Source: an uncultured Poribacteria bacterium
Lineage (GTDB): Bacteria > Poribacteria > WGA-4E > WGA-3G
Assembly: GCA_951813565.1 (NCBI GenBank)
Contig: OX638351.1
Coordinates: 1,920,001 to 1,984,000, forward strand
Direction: 5' to 3'
DNA length: 64,000 nt
Numbering within the stretch: the first letter of the stretch is position 1; each line of letters begins with the position of its first letter. Made by a program: the position numbers and the translations under genes. Below the pieces are notes generated by a model. It saw nothing but the letters and a program-made list of their open reading frames with translations. It was not told the DNA's origin and did no database searches. This document shows, one piece after another, positions 21,512 to 32,041 of this stretch.

Positions 21512-21647
21512 TTATAGTAAATTATGTAAATAAATTCACATATATTCTGTAGGAGCGATCTCCGAATCGCGACGAAACCACTAATAGTCGGGAATCGGAG
21601 TTCCCTCGGACAGCTCAGATGTCCAGTTAATTGTAGACTCCGCTATA
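21512..21647. mobile_element. TATAGT-type MITE shell, near-identical to 43960-44094
   Basis: Ends TATAGTAAATT...CCGCTATA; cargo GTAGGAGCGATCTCCGAATCGCGAC and GTCGGGAATCGGAGTTCCC. Confidence 0.8.
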
Positions 21648-21738
21648 ACAGCAGAACATCAGAAACTCGCGGAGACAAGACTTAGCGTGCATAGCACGTT
21701 CTACAGTGTGTGCAGATTACTTAGTTGGGAGCCTTTTT

Positions 21739-22569
21739 GTGAAGAAAAACATCGGTTTCTTGCACTCGAAAAAATATAAACATGAACTCATTACCGTGCT
21801 CACCTGCTACGATTACCCCACCGCTTGCATGCAGGACGAAGCAGGTATTGATATCGTGTTTGTCGGGGATAGCGTCGGCACGAATATCCTCGGCTATAAA
21901 AGCGAAATGGAGGTGACGATGGCTGATATGCTGCATCACCTCAAGGCGGTGCACCGCGGTGTGACAAATGCTTACCTGCTCATTGACATGCCTTACGCCG
22001 CTGACCGCAACGCGAAGCAAGCTGTTGCCAATGCAAACCTCTTTTTAGATAGTGGTGCTGATGGTGTTAAATTGGAAGGTGGGACTGAAAAAATCCCTAT
22101 TGTTACTGCACTTGCCGAGCAAGGAATAGAGGTCTGTGCACACATCGGACACAACCCACAAATCCATGGCACGAAGGCGGCAACGCACGGAAAAACGGTT
22201 AGCAAAGCAAAAGAACTCGTTCAAACTGCAGTGGCACTTGCAGGTGCTGGTGCAAAACTTATCGTGCTTGAAAAAATCACTGAAGAGGTAAGCCAAATCA
22301 TCACGGGGACGCTTGATATTCCCACCATCGGCATTGGGGCGGGCAGATACTGTGACGGGCAAGTGCTTGTTATCAACGATGTTTTAGGGATGGGCACCCT
22401 CTTCAAACACGCCAAACGCTATCAGGATTACGATCATCTCACCTTTGAAGCAATATCGCAATATATATACGACGTAGAAAACGGAGATTTTCCAAGAGAT
22501 GAAAATGTCTCTCACATCGCCCCTGACAAGTTAGCGCGGGTTCAGAAGTGGCTGGAATCAGAAAGGTGA
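21739..22569 (+). CDS. panB: 3-methyl-2-oxobutanoate hydroxymethyltransferase
   Basis: TCYDY, VGDS, DMPY, VKLEGG, PTIGIGAG..CDGQVLV. Start uncertain. Confidence 0.92.
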   Translation: MKKNIGFLHSKKYKHELITVLTCYDYPTACMQDEAGIDIVFVGDSVGTNILGYKSEMEVTMADMLHHLKAVHRGVTNAYLLIDMPYAADRNAKQAVANANLFLDSGADGVKLEGGTEKIPIVTALAEQGIEVCAHIGHNPQIHGTKAATHGKTVSKAKELVQTAVALAGAGAKLIVLEKITEEVSQIITGTLDIPTIGIGAGRYCDGQVLVINDVLGMGTLFKHAKRYQDYDHLTFEAISQYIYDVENGDFPRDENVSHIAPDKLARVQKWLESER

Positions 22570-22588
22570 TACACCTCTATTTGTTCTC

Positions 22589-25435
22589 CTACCAATCCGA
22601 ACCCTTGAGGGCTTCATCCCAATCCCACAAAAGAATTGTGCCATCTTGCCCCGTGCTGACGAGTGTCTTGCCATCAGGTGAGAATACCAGCGTCTCTACT
22701 GGTGCTGAATGCCCATCAAGTATAGTGAGTTTGTCCCCAGATTCAACATCCCATAACTCAATTCCACCGTTTCTAAGACCAGCAATAAGCAAAGAACTAT
22801 CTGGTGAAAATACTAATGATTTGGCACCATTGGAAACTTCCTTAAGACATTCCATTTTATTAGTGCTCATTATGTGGATTCGTTTACGACTTGCCACGGC
22901 AAGCAAGGCACCATTTGAAGAAAATGATAAAGCTTCAATCTCAGAATTCTGTTCAGTAAACAAAGTTAACACAACTCCAGTTTCTACATTAGACATCTGA
23001 ACTTTTCCTTCCTTAGTTCCACTAACAAGTTTCTTACCGTCTGATGAAAATATCAAAACATCTACATCTATTTTCTTGTCTGAGAGAGGAATATCAAAGA
23101 AAGAGCCAATTTCCGTATTCCATATGCGAATTTTTTTAGTGAAACTTGCTCCGATCGCAACCTTTTTTCCATCAGGTGAAAAAGACATAACTGAAGGAAT
23201 GCCTTCACCTGGATTCTCCAAACGTATCAACTCGCGCCCTGTGCGGGTACCAATCAAACGAATTAGTCCATCTAACACTGACACCGTATGCATTGCGCCA
23301 AATCCTGGATCGAAAATTATATCACTATCTGCACCAATGCTGACAAGTTTCATTCCATCAGGTGAAAACGCTAAAGTCTGTAACGAATCCCGATGTCCTG
23401 TAATTTTGAGAGAACTTTTTTGAGACGTTTTTATATCCCAAAAGGTCATTATGCCATTAAGTGCAACACTCGCAAGCGTGGAACTGTCCTTAATGAAAGC
23501 CACTGCTTTAACCCACTCCGTATGTCCAGTGATGTGAGTTGGAAGAAGAGATCCAGTTTTTATATGCCAGAACTTAATAGTACCATCTGTACTCCCACTG
23601 ACGAGGGTGCCACCTTCTGGTGAAAAAGTTAAGGCAGCGATACCGTTAATATGTCCGGTGAGTGTCGCCAACAATTCTCCCGTGATAGTATTCCACAGTC
23701 GTACTGTCTTATCAGTGCTTCCGCTTGCGAGCATTCTTCCATCATGTGAAAATGCCAATGTAGTTATCCAATCTGTATGTTTCCGAAGGATAAACAGTCC
23801 ATGATTCTTAGAGGTATTCCATAATCGTACTGTTTTATCCTGACTCCCGCTTGCGAGCATCGTGCCATCAGGTGAAAATGCTAAGGCGAAAACGTGTTCT
23901 CCCGAATGTCCTTTGAGAGTAGATAATTTTTGCCTGATTGTCGTGTCCCATATCTCAATCTTCCCGTCTCTCATTCCAATTGCAAATAAATCTTGTGTAA
24001 GCGCGTATGGTTCCTTGCCGTACTTTTTCTTATGCTTCTTCCATCGTCCTTTAATCTTCTCTATATTCCTCTTCTTGGTCTCAATATCTAACCTGCCAAT
24101 TTCGTCGCCTGAGTTCCCCAAACTGATAAGCGTTTTGCCATCTTTAGAGAAACGTAATTCTGAAGCAGGATACAGCAAACCAGTGAGTGCAACTTTTCTA
24201 CCAGTCGCTACTTCCCACAACTGGAGTCTCTTCCCACGGAACCTACCACCTATCCCAAGCTTATCCCCTCCACTGGCAAGAAAACGTCCATCTGGGGAAA
24301 ATGCCAGGGATTGACACGCACCAGGGAACATGGATATTTCTTCGCCTGTTTTCGCATCGTAAAGCCACACACCGATATTACTACCTACCGCGAGTTGTGT
24401 GCCGTCAGGTGAAAACTGCATCGCATTAATTCCACCTTTCCCTAAACGCGCTTTCGCCTCTTTCGGTAATTCCCATTTTGTCCAATCTTCCGCTATTTCG
24501 TTAGTTTGCGCCTCTGCAATTGCTGCAGGAGCATCATTAGGTTGCTGTTCAGGGTTATCGCGTTTATCCAGTGCATCAACATTTCCGATTTGTGTCCGCA
24601 CATTTGGCTTAGATTCCAAGTTCGCGACTATTGGAGCGTCAACGATCTCAATCGACATCTCTGTGGTGGCATCTAAACTATAAGGTTGCTGAAAACGAGC
24701 TAAGTATTGATGGTTTCCAAAACCAAGCATCAACAACACCACTACCAACGTTGAAGCAGCAATTGCCCATGGCACTAACGGTTTACTGCCGACTGGTGTA
24801 GCGGGTTTGGTCCGCGAAATCTCTTGCATGATGTTTTCTGTCAGATTTGGAGTGATTTTGAAATTGTCTAAAGCCTCTCTTATCATCGTTTCCTCCTTCT
24901 GTAAACGCTGCTGTGCGCGGCGCAGACGACTCTTAACCGTATTTGCCGATACACCTAAAAACGCACCTATTTCTGTACACGACATCTCTCCGAAGTAATG
25001 CAAAGTCATGACAGTACGTTCACTTTCTCCCAGCTTCGCAAGTAGTTTTTTGACGACATCGCGTTGTGTTTCTACGGTGATCCGTTCGTTTTCCTCAAGC
25101 ACATGCTCAGAATAAGTCGCTTTTTCGGGTTGTGCAACGTCCTTGTCCTCCAACAAATGTTTACGCAAATGTTTCTTACGTAACCATGTGCTGCAGCGGT
25201 TTGTAGCAATCACATAAAGCCAACTTGCGAAACGCTGCGGTTTCTTAAGCTCGCCTAATTTCTGATACGCTTTCAGAAACGTATCCTGTGTAATCTCTTC
25301 GGCTGTGTGAAAATCTCCGATTTTCCGCCACACAAGCGCATGAACCTGTTTTTGATATTTTTCCACAAGTTCTGCAAAGGCGGTATCATCGCCATCAAGA
25401 GTCCGGTGGATTAATTGCACATCGTTGTTTTTCAT
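22589..25435 (-). CDS. ECF sigma factor fused to a TM segment and WD40 beta-propeller repeats
   Basis: Sigma region 2 (AEEITQDTFLKAY...FASWLY), region 4 (NTVKSRLRRA), hydrophobic segment at about aa 220-240, many GH...FSPDG...W repeats. Confidence 0.9.
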   Translation of the reverse strand: MKNNDVQLIHRTLDGDDTAFAELVEKYQKQVHALVWRKIGDFHTAEEITQDTFLKAYQKLGELKKPQRFASWLYVIATNRCSTWLRKKHLRKHLLEDKDVAQPEKATYSEHVLEENERITVETQRDVVKKLLAKLGESERTVMTLHYFGEMSCTEIGAFLGVSANTVKSRLRRAQQRLQKEETMIREALDNFKITPNLTENIMQEISRTKPATPVGSKPLVPWAIAASTLVVVLLMLGFGNHQYLARFQQPYSLDATTEMSIEIVDAPIVANLESKPNVRTQIGNVDALDKRDNPEQQPNDAPAAIAEAQTNEIAEDWTKWELPKEAKARLGKGGINAMQFSPDGTQLAVGSNIGVWLYDAKTGEEISMFPGACQSLAFSPDGRFLASGGDKLGIGGRFRGKRLQLWEVATGRKVALTGLLYPASELRFSKDGKTLISLGNSGDEIGRLDIETKKRNIEKIKGRWKKHKKKYGKEPYALTQDLFAIGMRDGKIEIWDTTIRQKLSTLKGHSGEHVFALAFSPDGTMLASGSQDKTVRLWNTSKNHGLFILRKHTDWITTLAFSHDGRMLASGSTDKTVRLWNTITGELLATLTGHINGIAALTFSPEGGTLVSGSTDGTIKFWHIKTGSLLPTHITGHTEWVKAVAFIKDSSTLASVALNGIMTFWDIKTSQKSSLKITGHRDSLQTLAFSPDGMKLVSIGADSDIIFDPGFGAMHTVSVLDGLIRLIGTRTGRELIRLENPGEGIPSVMSFSPDGKKVAIGASFTKKIRIWNTEIGSFFDIPLSDKKIDVDVLIFSSDGKKLVSGTKEGKVQMSNVETGVVLTLFTEQNSEIEALSFSSNGALLAVASRKRIHIMSTNKMECLKEVSNGAKSLVFSPDSSLLIAGLRNGGIELWDVESGDKLTILDGHSAPVETLVFSPDGKTLVSTGQDGTILLWDWDEALKGSDW

Positions 25436-25561
25436 GGATCACCTCCGATTTCACCCTATAGTGACGTCACGAAACGGTGAAACGGGTGCATAATTCTGCA
25501 AATATAGGAGTGTGTTTAGATAAGAGGGTTCTGTAGGTTGGGTTTCGTTCCTTAACCCAAC

Positions 25562-26332
25562 CTACGCATTAACAGGTACTACGTCAGCATACACATAAGT
25601 CGGAGGATTAGGACTGCTGGAATGAATTTTGTCATCTTCGTCTTTGGCTGCAGAAACAATATCTCTCTGCACTATTCTGCCCGGTTTCGCAGCAATAGGT
25701 GAACTAAACATCGGTCCATCAACTACGCAGGTATGGAATTCCCCGTTTTCACCGAGCGGGTCCACCTCATCTGGTAAGTCTGCAAGGAGTTCGGTATCAA
25801 ACCACCTTCCTGCAAACTCTGCGGGGACTTTGGTAGGATTGAGGGCAGTGATAATCGCGCGCATGCCAGAAGTAACCATCTTTTGCGCGAGTAATGTTGT
25901 ATCCTCACCCCATACCGGAAAAATCGGTGTGAAGCCGGTACCGCTAAGTTTCTCCTCTCGGTATGCACGGATGTCTTCAAGGAACAGATCTCCGAATGCG
26001 AAATGCGAAGCGGTCAAATGCTTTGGTAATGCTTCTACTTCTGCAAGAAACTTTCGCATCGCCGCTTCGTATATTTCGTTTGAGCAAGGATAGGGAATCG
26101 GTATCTCGTATAACGGCACGCCGAGTCTTTCTGCTTGCTGTTTCAAAACCCACGCAGGTGTAGAGTGAATAGAAACACGGTCAAATGTCTTTGTGACAGT
26201 GGTAAAGACTCCACGCACATCGTATCGTTCTGGCTGTTGACGCAAAGTGTGAAGTGCCCACGCAGAATCTTTCCCTGAGGACCAGGAGACCAGAACTGGC
26301 ATGGGCGACTTGTCTTTTATTTCATTTGTCAT
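25562..26332 (-). CDS. PP-loop adenine nucleotide alpha-hydrolase (diphthamide-synthase-like)
   Basis: SWSSGKDS, FGDLFLEDIR.YRE, DPLGENGEFHT. Confidence 0.85.
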   Translation of the reverse strand: MTNEIKDKSPMPVLVSWSSGKDSAWALHTLRQQPERYDVRGVFTTVTKTFDRVSIHSTPAWVLKQQAERLGVPLYEIPIPYPCSNEIYEAAMRKFLAEVEALPKHLTASHFAFGDLFLEDIRAYREEKLSGTGFTPIFPVWGEDTTLLAQKMVTSGMRAIITALNPTKVPAEFAGRWFDTELLADLPDEVDPLGENGEFHTCVVDGPMFSSPIAAKPGRIVQRDIVSAAKDEDDKIHSSSPNPPTYVYADVVPVNA

Positions 26333-26367
26333 GATTGAGATTTTTTCTCCAATTCGCATCTATAATT

Positions 26368-26790
26368 GGTAGGTTGGGCAGAGCGAAACCCAAATCAACG
26401 CTATGAATGCGCTTGTGGCATTCAGCCAAATCAACGCAGCGTGCGCGTGGCACGCTGCGGGTGTCAATTTAAGCATGAATCCCTGTTCACATCGTAGGGC
26501 CAAATCAACGCCAAATGCGCTTTTTGGCATTTGTCGGGTCCCTGTGCCCCGCCATGTGTCTGGATTATGTTAAGCAACGGGCGGGCACAGGGACCCGCCC
26601 CTACAAGAGGTGGCCATTTGGAGGAAATCGCGCTTACAAAGCGCTCCCACAAGAGAAATTCAGCAAATTTTTCTTAAGTTGACAGTTAATAGGCAGAACC
26701 CAACAAATTTCAAAAGAGGCGCAATGAATTGCGCGACTACAAACGCGGTACTTCCCAAGATGCACTTGTAAGCGCGCCTACCAGCGAGAG
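26368..26790. repeat. Cluster of GTAG REP-like hairpins, three CCAAATCAACG mini-elements and a TGTCAATTTAAG...CTTAAGTTGACA shell (26462-26684)
   Basis: Palindromes recur elsewhere in the window (e.g. 51206, 416, 57281). Confidence 0.7.
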
Positions 26791-26798
26791 CATGTATT

Positions 26799-27362
26799 TT
26801 ACAGAGCCAAAAAGTTGCCTAACAAACTCTTTCCAGCAGCTGTCAAAATAGATTCCGGATGAAACTGTACACCCCATACAGGTAAAGTCTTATGTCGAAG
26901 CCCCATGATTTCATCCTGATCTGTCCATGCCGTGATTTCAAGGCAATCTGGCAGTGTTTCTTTTTTTACAATCAGCGAATGGTAGCGCGTCGCTTCAAAT
27001 GGATTATCCAAACCCTCAAAAAGTTCAGCACCATTGTGCAGTATCATTGAGGTTTTACCATGCATCAACCGATCCGCACGGACAACCTCACCACCAAACA
27101 CGTCCCCAATACACTGATGCCCAAGACAGACGCCTAATATCGGCACTTTTCCTGCGAAATGTTCTATCGCATCGTTGGATATGCCTGCTTCTCGCGGTGT
27201 GCAAGGACCGGGTGAAATGACAATCCGCTCCGGTTCCAGCATGTCTAATTCCTCTACCCCTATTTTCCGACTGCGATGCACTTCCAATTCCGCACCGAGT
27301 TCACCAAAATATTGCACAAGATTGTAAGTAAATGAGTCGTAATTGTCAATCATCAAAACCAT
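26799..27362 (-). CDS. trpG: Anthranilate synthase component II (glutamine amidotransferase)
   Basis: [33 protein letters not shown] before ATG 27362. Confidence 0.9.
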   Translation of the reverse strand: MVLMIDNYDSFTYNLVQYFGELGAELEVHRSRKIGVEELDMLEPERIVISPGPCTPREAGISNDAIEHFAGKVPILGVCLGHQCIGDVFGGEVVRADRLMHGKTSMILHNGAELFEGLDNPFEATRYHSLIVKKETLPDCLEITAWTDQDEIMGLRHKTLPVWGVQFHPESILTAAGKSLLGNFLAL

Positions 27363-27533
27363 CTTTTGCCTCCTATAATAGCAGAACTTGTTGCCACCTA
27401 TGTAGCACAACTTTAGTTTGTGCATATTAGGACGCAAACTGAAAGTTTGCGCTACGATATTTCACGAATAATGAACTGTTCTCTATTAAAAATGGCGTCT
27501 GTGCGTCTAAAATCTTATAGATAGCAACTTAGG

Positions 27534-29036
27534 TTATAATAGCAGCCCTTGTTGCGCCATTTCAATAGCAGTGAGCATTGCCCATGCCTTACTGACGGTT
27601 TCATAATACTCATTTTCAGGCACTGAATCAGCAACGACACCGCCGCCCGCTTGCACATAGGCAACACCATCTTTGATAACCGCAGTTCGGATCGTAATCG
27701 CTGTGTCCGCACTACCAGAAAAACTGAAATAGCCAACTGCCCCACCATAAGGACCACGACGTGTCGGTTCCAGTTCGTCAATGATCTCCATTGCGCGTAT
27801 TTTTGGTGCGCCAGAGAGTGTGCCTGCGGGGAGGCATGCCCGAATAACATCAAAAGCGGAAAGATTATCACGCAGTTTTCCAATAACATGCGATACGATG
27901 TGCATCACGTGTGAAAACTTTTCAACTATCATCAGATCGGTTACTTCAACGGTATGGTATTCACACACACGCCCGAGGTCATTTCGCCCTAAATCGACAA
28001 GCATGACATGCTCTGCGCGTTCCTTCGGATCAGCAAGGAGTTCTTGTTCCAATTCAATATCCTCTTCTGTGGTCTTTCCGCGCGGGCGTGTTCCGGCAAT
28101 CGGAACAGTCTGGACAAATCCATCTTCCACACGCACCATCATCTCTGGCGATGCCCCAACAATGTCAAAGCTATCAAATTTTAGGTAATACATATAAGGC
28201 GATGGATTCACCACCCGCAATGCACGATAAATATCGAACGAGTCAACGGATACCGGACGGCTAAACCGCTGTGAAGTTACAACCTGTATGATGTCACCTG
28301 CGGCAATATATTCTTTGGCGCGCCGTACAACGTTTTCGTAAGCAGCCTTTGTGAAATTTGAAGGCGGGTCAGGCACAGTTTCAGCAGGACTACCTGAACG
28401 ATCATCCGTCCTATTTACTAAATGCACTTCAGAAGTAGATGTCAGTTTTCCAACCATTGCGTCAATTTTGCCAACAGCATTGGCGTAAGCAGCATCTAAA
28501 TCCCCATCAATGTGTGCATTTGCCACAACTTTAATTTGATGATTTACATGATCAAAGATCAGAATTGTCTCTGCAATCATAAAAAAGCAATCGGGAAGTT
28601 GCAGTTCATCTTCGGTATCATCTGGCAATTCTTCCACGAAACGTACCATATCGTAACTCATAAAACCGACAGCACCGCCGTGGAACTGTGGTAAACCGTC
28701 AACACTGACAGGTTGATAATTCTGCATTACCTCTTCCAAGGCTTTCAGCGGGTCTTCATACTCCGTAGACACCTTTTCACCTTTTTCCAAATACTCAATG
28801 GTAACCTGATGTCCTTTGCTCTGGAAAAGGACGGACGGTTGGCTCCCCAAAAATGAGTAGCGCGCAACGGTTTCACCACCTTCAACGCTCTCTAATAAAA
28901 ACGCGTAATCATTGGGCATCAATTTGTAGAAGGCGGACACCGGTGTCTCCATATCTGCCAAAATTGGGCGATATACCGGTATCGTGTTGCCTGTTTTCGC
29001 TTTTTCCTTAAATTCCTCCAAAGTCGGATAATACAT
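27534..29036 (-). CDS. trpE: Anthranilate synthase component I
   Basis: LLES (Trp-feedback motif), NPSPYM, PIAGTR, EHVMLVDLGRND, GAPKIRAMEII. Confidence 0.93.
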   Translation of the reverse strand: MYYPTLEEFKEKAKTGNTIPVYRPILADMETPVSAFYKLMPNDYAFLLESVEGGETVARYSFLGSQPSVLFQSKGHQVTIEYLEKGEKVSTEYEDPLKALEEVMQNYQPVSVDGLPQFHGGAVGFMSYDMVRFVEELPDDTEDELQLPDCFFMIAETILIFDHVNHQIKVVANAHIDGDLDAAYANAVGKIDAMVGKLTSTSEVHLVNRTDDRSGSPAETVPDPPSNFTKAAYENVVRRAKEYIAAGDIIQVVTSQRFSRPVSVDSFDIYRALRVVNPSPYMYYLKFDSFDIVGASPEMMVRVEDGFVQTVPIAGTRPRGKTTEEDIELEQELLADPKERAEHVMLVDLGRNDLGRVCEYHTVEVTDLMIVEKFSHVMHIVSHVIGKLRDNLSAFDVIRACLPAGTLSGAPKIRAMEIIDELEPTRRGPYGGAVGYFSFSGSADTAITIRTAVIKDGVAYVQAGGGVVADSVPENEYYETVSKAWAMLTAIEMAQQGLLL

Positions 29037-29087
29037 TGAATAACTCCTTTTCGTATCCTTAACATCAAAATCTATTCTCTAAGTCCT

Positions 29088-29183
29088 TATACCAAATTAA
29101 CAGTATTCCACCAATCTATAAGTGCGGTTAGGAAACCGCACCTACCGTCCAAAAATAAGATAAATCGCGTTAATTTGGTATTA
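29088..29183. mobile_element. TATACCA-type shell with REP hairpin
   Basis: TATACCAAATTA...TAATTTGGTATTA ends; cargo GTGCGGTTAGGAAACCGCACCTACC. Confidence 0.6.
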
Positions 29184-29288
29184 CACCGTAAGGTAACAAA
29201 CACTGTTCTTTGTTATATCAATGGTAGGCAACCCAATTATGCAATTCCTGATCTGATGCCAAGGGACGAAAGTTAGGAATATCACAGT

Positions 29289-29669
29289 CTAATAGACAGC
29301 ATCAGCATCAAAAATCTTTTCACCCACCACATTTGTTGACTCACCATCGGAGGAGACTTCCCGAAAGAAGCAGGAGCGATAGCCGGTATGGCACGCTGCC
29401 ACCTTCTGCTCAACCTTTATGAGCAAGGCATCGCCGTCACAATCAACTGCTACAGACTCAACAGTCTGTGTATGCCCTGAAGTCTCCCCCTTTATCCACA
29501 ACTTTTGGCGGGAACGACTCCAGAAGCAGACACGACCAGTCGACAGTGTTTGTTCGATCGCTTCAGCGTTCATATAACCAACCATCAGCACTTCGTTATT
29601 TGTCTGATCCTGAATTACTGCGGCGACCAAACCATCGCTATCATATTTTAGTTCCGATAAAAATTTCAT
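29289..29669 (-). CDS. hisI: Phosphoribosyl-AMP cyclohydrolase
   Basis: WSRSR..LW.KGETSG, DCDGD, ACHTG..SCF. Confidence 0.95.
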   Translation of the reverse strand: MKFLSELKYDSDGLVAAVIQDQTNNEVLMVGYMNAEAIEQTLSTGRVCFWSRSRQKLWIKGETSGHTQTVESVAVDCDGDALLIKVEQKVAACHTGYRSCFFREVSSDGESTNVVGEKIFDADAVY

Positions 29670-29688
29670 AGTTTCTCCTTCGTCATAT

Positions 29689-29733
29689 TAAAAACAAAAA
29701 ACCTTATGCCACTGAGGTTCGTGTGCATAAGGC
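29689..29733 (-). terminator. Attenuator terminator hairpin plus U-tract
   Basis: Minus strand GCCTTATGC...GCATAAGGT followed by TTTTTGTTTTT. Confidence 0.8.
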
Positions 29734-29773
29734 TTAATAAGTAACATCAAAAATAAAATAGATCGAATTTTGC

Positions 29774-29869
29774 TTAGCGCGCACACTCCTCTTTAATGGA
29801 ATTGGAACGCCACCAATGCCAATAATTGAATATGCTATGCAAGTTGGAGTGTGAACGGGTATATTTCAT
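29774..29869 (-). CDS. trpL: Trp/His-containing leader peptide, 31 aa: MKYTRSHSNLHSIFNYWHWWRSNSIKEECAR
   Basis: Manual translation; WHWW cluster; followed by antiterminator and terminator upstream of hisI-trpE-trpG. Confidence 0.85.
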   Translation of the reverse strand: MKYTRSHSNLHSIFNYWHWWRSNSIKEECAR

Positions 29870-29972
29870 TTTTTAGGTCTTCGTAGTCAAAGTTCTCTTA
29901 CATATCATTTACAGCGATTTTTAATATAATACCACATTTAGATTCTATATGCAAATAAATTTAGAATTTTCT

Positions 29973-30086
29973 TATAGTGAAATGCATAATTATCTTGATA
30001 TTGGCGAGGTTAGGAAACCTCGCCAGCGCGAGTGTGTGGGAATTGTTATTCATTGAAATGTGAACATATTTTCGGATTTTACTATA
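29973..30086. mobile_element. TATAGT-type MITE shell
   Basis: TATAGTGAAAT...ATTTTACTATA ends; cargo GCGAGGTTAGGAAACCTCGC. Confidence 0.7.
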
Positions 30087-30099
30087 AACCCATTTAGCT

Positions 30100-30765
30100 T
30101 CAGTTATTGACGAACTTCCTCATGGGCATTTCCCCATCCCATTCCAACGGACGGTTCTCTAAATACGGACGCAGCAGCTCTCGAAGACGTCGATGCGCAT
30201 GATGCAAGTGTGTTTTGACCGTTCCTTCTGATCGATCTATGAGGACCGCAATCTCTTTAATCTGAAGTTTCTGATCATACCGCAATCTGAAAACACGTCG
30301 CTGTTTCGGAGCAAGTTGATTTACCGCCTTGCCAATAATGTCTCCGAGTTCCTCCATCTCAATTAGATGAGATGGAGATGGATACTTGCTAATCAGCATC
30401 AACTCCTCCGGACCTCCCGTTAATTCTTCAAATGCAACAGTTTTCCTCCTGCTCTGTTGCCGTAAAAAATCAATACAGCAATTCATGGCGATGCGGTAAA
30501 GCCAACTATAAAAAGCAGATTCACGTTTAAATTCCGGTAACGCCTTAAAGGCTTTCAAGAACACTTCTTGACAGAGGTCTTTTGTCGTTTCAGCGTCGTT
30601 AATATGTCTGTAAATAAGTTTTGCAATGCGGGTCTGATATTTCAGTACGAGTGTGTTAAAAGCACCTATATCACCGTTTTGGAATCGGGTTACTAACTCA
30701 TGTTCATCAATTAATTCTAATTCATCGGCAGATGGCAAATCTAAATGTCTTTTTGTGTCTGGCAT
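30100..30765 (-). CDS. ECF (RpoE-like) sigma factor
   Basis: DLCQEVFLKAF, FYSWLYRIA, SEGTVKTHLHHA. Confidence 0.9.
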   Translation of the reverse strand: MPDTKRHLDLPSADELELIDEHELVTRFQNGDIGAFNTLVLKYQTRIAKLIYRHINDAETTKDLCQEVFLKAFKALPEFKRESAFYSWLYRIAMNCCIDFLRQQSRRKTVAFEELTGGPEELMLISKYPSPSHLIEMEELGDIIGKAVNQLAPKQRRVFRLRYDQKLQIKEIAVLIDRSEGTVKTHLHHAHRRLRELLRPYLENRPLEWDGEMPMRKFVNN

Positions 30766-30914
30766 TCTAATTCTCCATAATGGGTGCGAACATTTTTGGG
30801 CTAATTGGACAAATGCGCAAGTGTGAATAACTTTATGTACTGCCACCGGAAATTCGGGCCACTCTCTAAGACAAGATTATGGTATAATATCCATCTACTT
30901 GAAAGGAGTATCCG

Positions 30915-31205
30915 ATGGCGAAACGAAAACGAAGAAACTTCACTCCCGAGTTTAAAGCCGAAGTTGTTCTTGAGGCACTGAGCGGTCAAAGTTCCCAAGC
31001 AGAAGTGTGTCGGCGACATAGCCTCAGCGATGAACAACTTTCAAAGTGGAAGCGACAGCTTCTTGAAAATGCGGCGACCCTCTTTGAACCCGCTGATAAA
31101 CAGTCTGATGCCTCTGCGGATCGGATCGCCCAACTTGAGCAACTCGTTGGGCGGTTGACCCTGGCACTTGACATCCAAAAAAAAGCCTCAACTTACTTGA
31201 GTTGA
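30915..31205 (+). CDS. IS3 OrfA (HTH)
   Basis: RRNFTPEFKAEVV...WKRQ; A8G slippery site at 31177-31185. Confidence 0.9.
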   Translation: MAKRKRRNFTPEFKAEVVLEALSGQSSQAEVCRRHSLSDEQLSKWKRQLLENAATLFEPADKQSDASADRIAQLEQLVGRLTLALDIQKKASTYLS

Positions 31206-32041
31206 CCCCGATGGAGCAGCGAGAAATGGTTGAAGCATTACGGATAGACTTTTCGGTTCGGCAGATATGTGAGACGCTCGGTTTCAACCGAAGCAATCTC
31301 TATTATCACCCCAAGCAGGACCCGTGTGAAGCGGGCCTCCGGGATGAAATAGAGAAGTTATCTTTGCTATATCCAACATACGGATATAGACGTATCACAC
31401 AGTTGTTAGTGCGTGGCGGATACACCATCGGGTATAAGCGTGTTGCCCGATTGATGAAATCCGCCAACCTCTCGGTTTCTGTCAAACGTGTCTGTCAAAC
31501 CACGACATCCGTTGCGGGTGTGCGTCCCTGGGGTAATCGCCTTGAAAACCTTGATGTCTCCCGATGTGATCAGGTCTGGGTAGGCGATATTACCTACGTC
31601 CGTCTCAAAGGACACTTCATCTATGTTTGTCTGCTCATGGATGTCTTCACTCGCATGATCAGGGGGTGGCATATCAGTCGACACTTGACGCAATCTCTGG
31701 CGTTGAAACCCTTAGAGACAGCATTATGTCAAAGTGTTCCAGAGATCCATCATTCTGATCAAGGCGTTCAGTATCTTTCAGATGCGTATATCTCACTGCT
31801 TAGGTATCATGGGATAGAGATTTCAGTCGCCCGAAGAGGGTGTCCTTGGGAGAACGGATATGCTGAAAGACTTATCCGCACGCTCAAGGAAGAAGAAGTT
31901 CATCTCAACGCCTATGAGGACATCCACGAAGCGAGAGCCCGCATTGGGCATTTTATTACGCAAGTGTATAATCACAAACGCCCTCATTCAGCGTTAGGGT
32001 ATTTGACACCTGTGGAATTTGAGCAAAAAAACTTGTCTTAA
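31202..32041 (+). CDS. IS3 OrfB (DDE integrase core), -1 frame relative to OrfA
   Basis: WVGDITY, HHSDQGVQY, ENGYAER, YNHKRPHSALGY. Confidence 0.92.
   Translation: MTPMEQREMVEALRIDFSVRQICETLGFNRSNLYYHPKQDPCEAGLRDEIEKLSLLYPTYGYRRITQLLVRGGYTIGYKRVARLMKSANLSVSVKRVCQTTTSVAGVRPWGNRLENLDVSRCDQVWVGDITYVRLKGHFIYVCLLMDVFTRMIRGWHISRHLTQSLALKPLETALCQSVPEIHHSDQGVQYLSDAYISLLRYHGIEISVARRGCPWENGYAERLIRTLKEEEVHLNAYEDIHEARARIGHFITQVYNHKRPHSALGYLTPVEFEQKNLS

Noticed and set aside
27363..27437. N-terminal extensions of trpG and similar ORFs (fabD, panB, 38882, 55412)
   Set aside because: They come from intergenic or repeat DNA; downstream starts fit the protein families better and mostly have SD sites.
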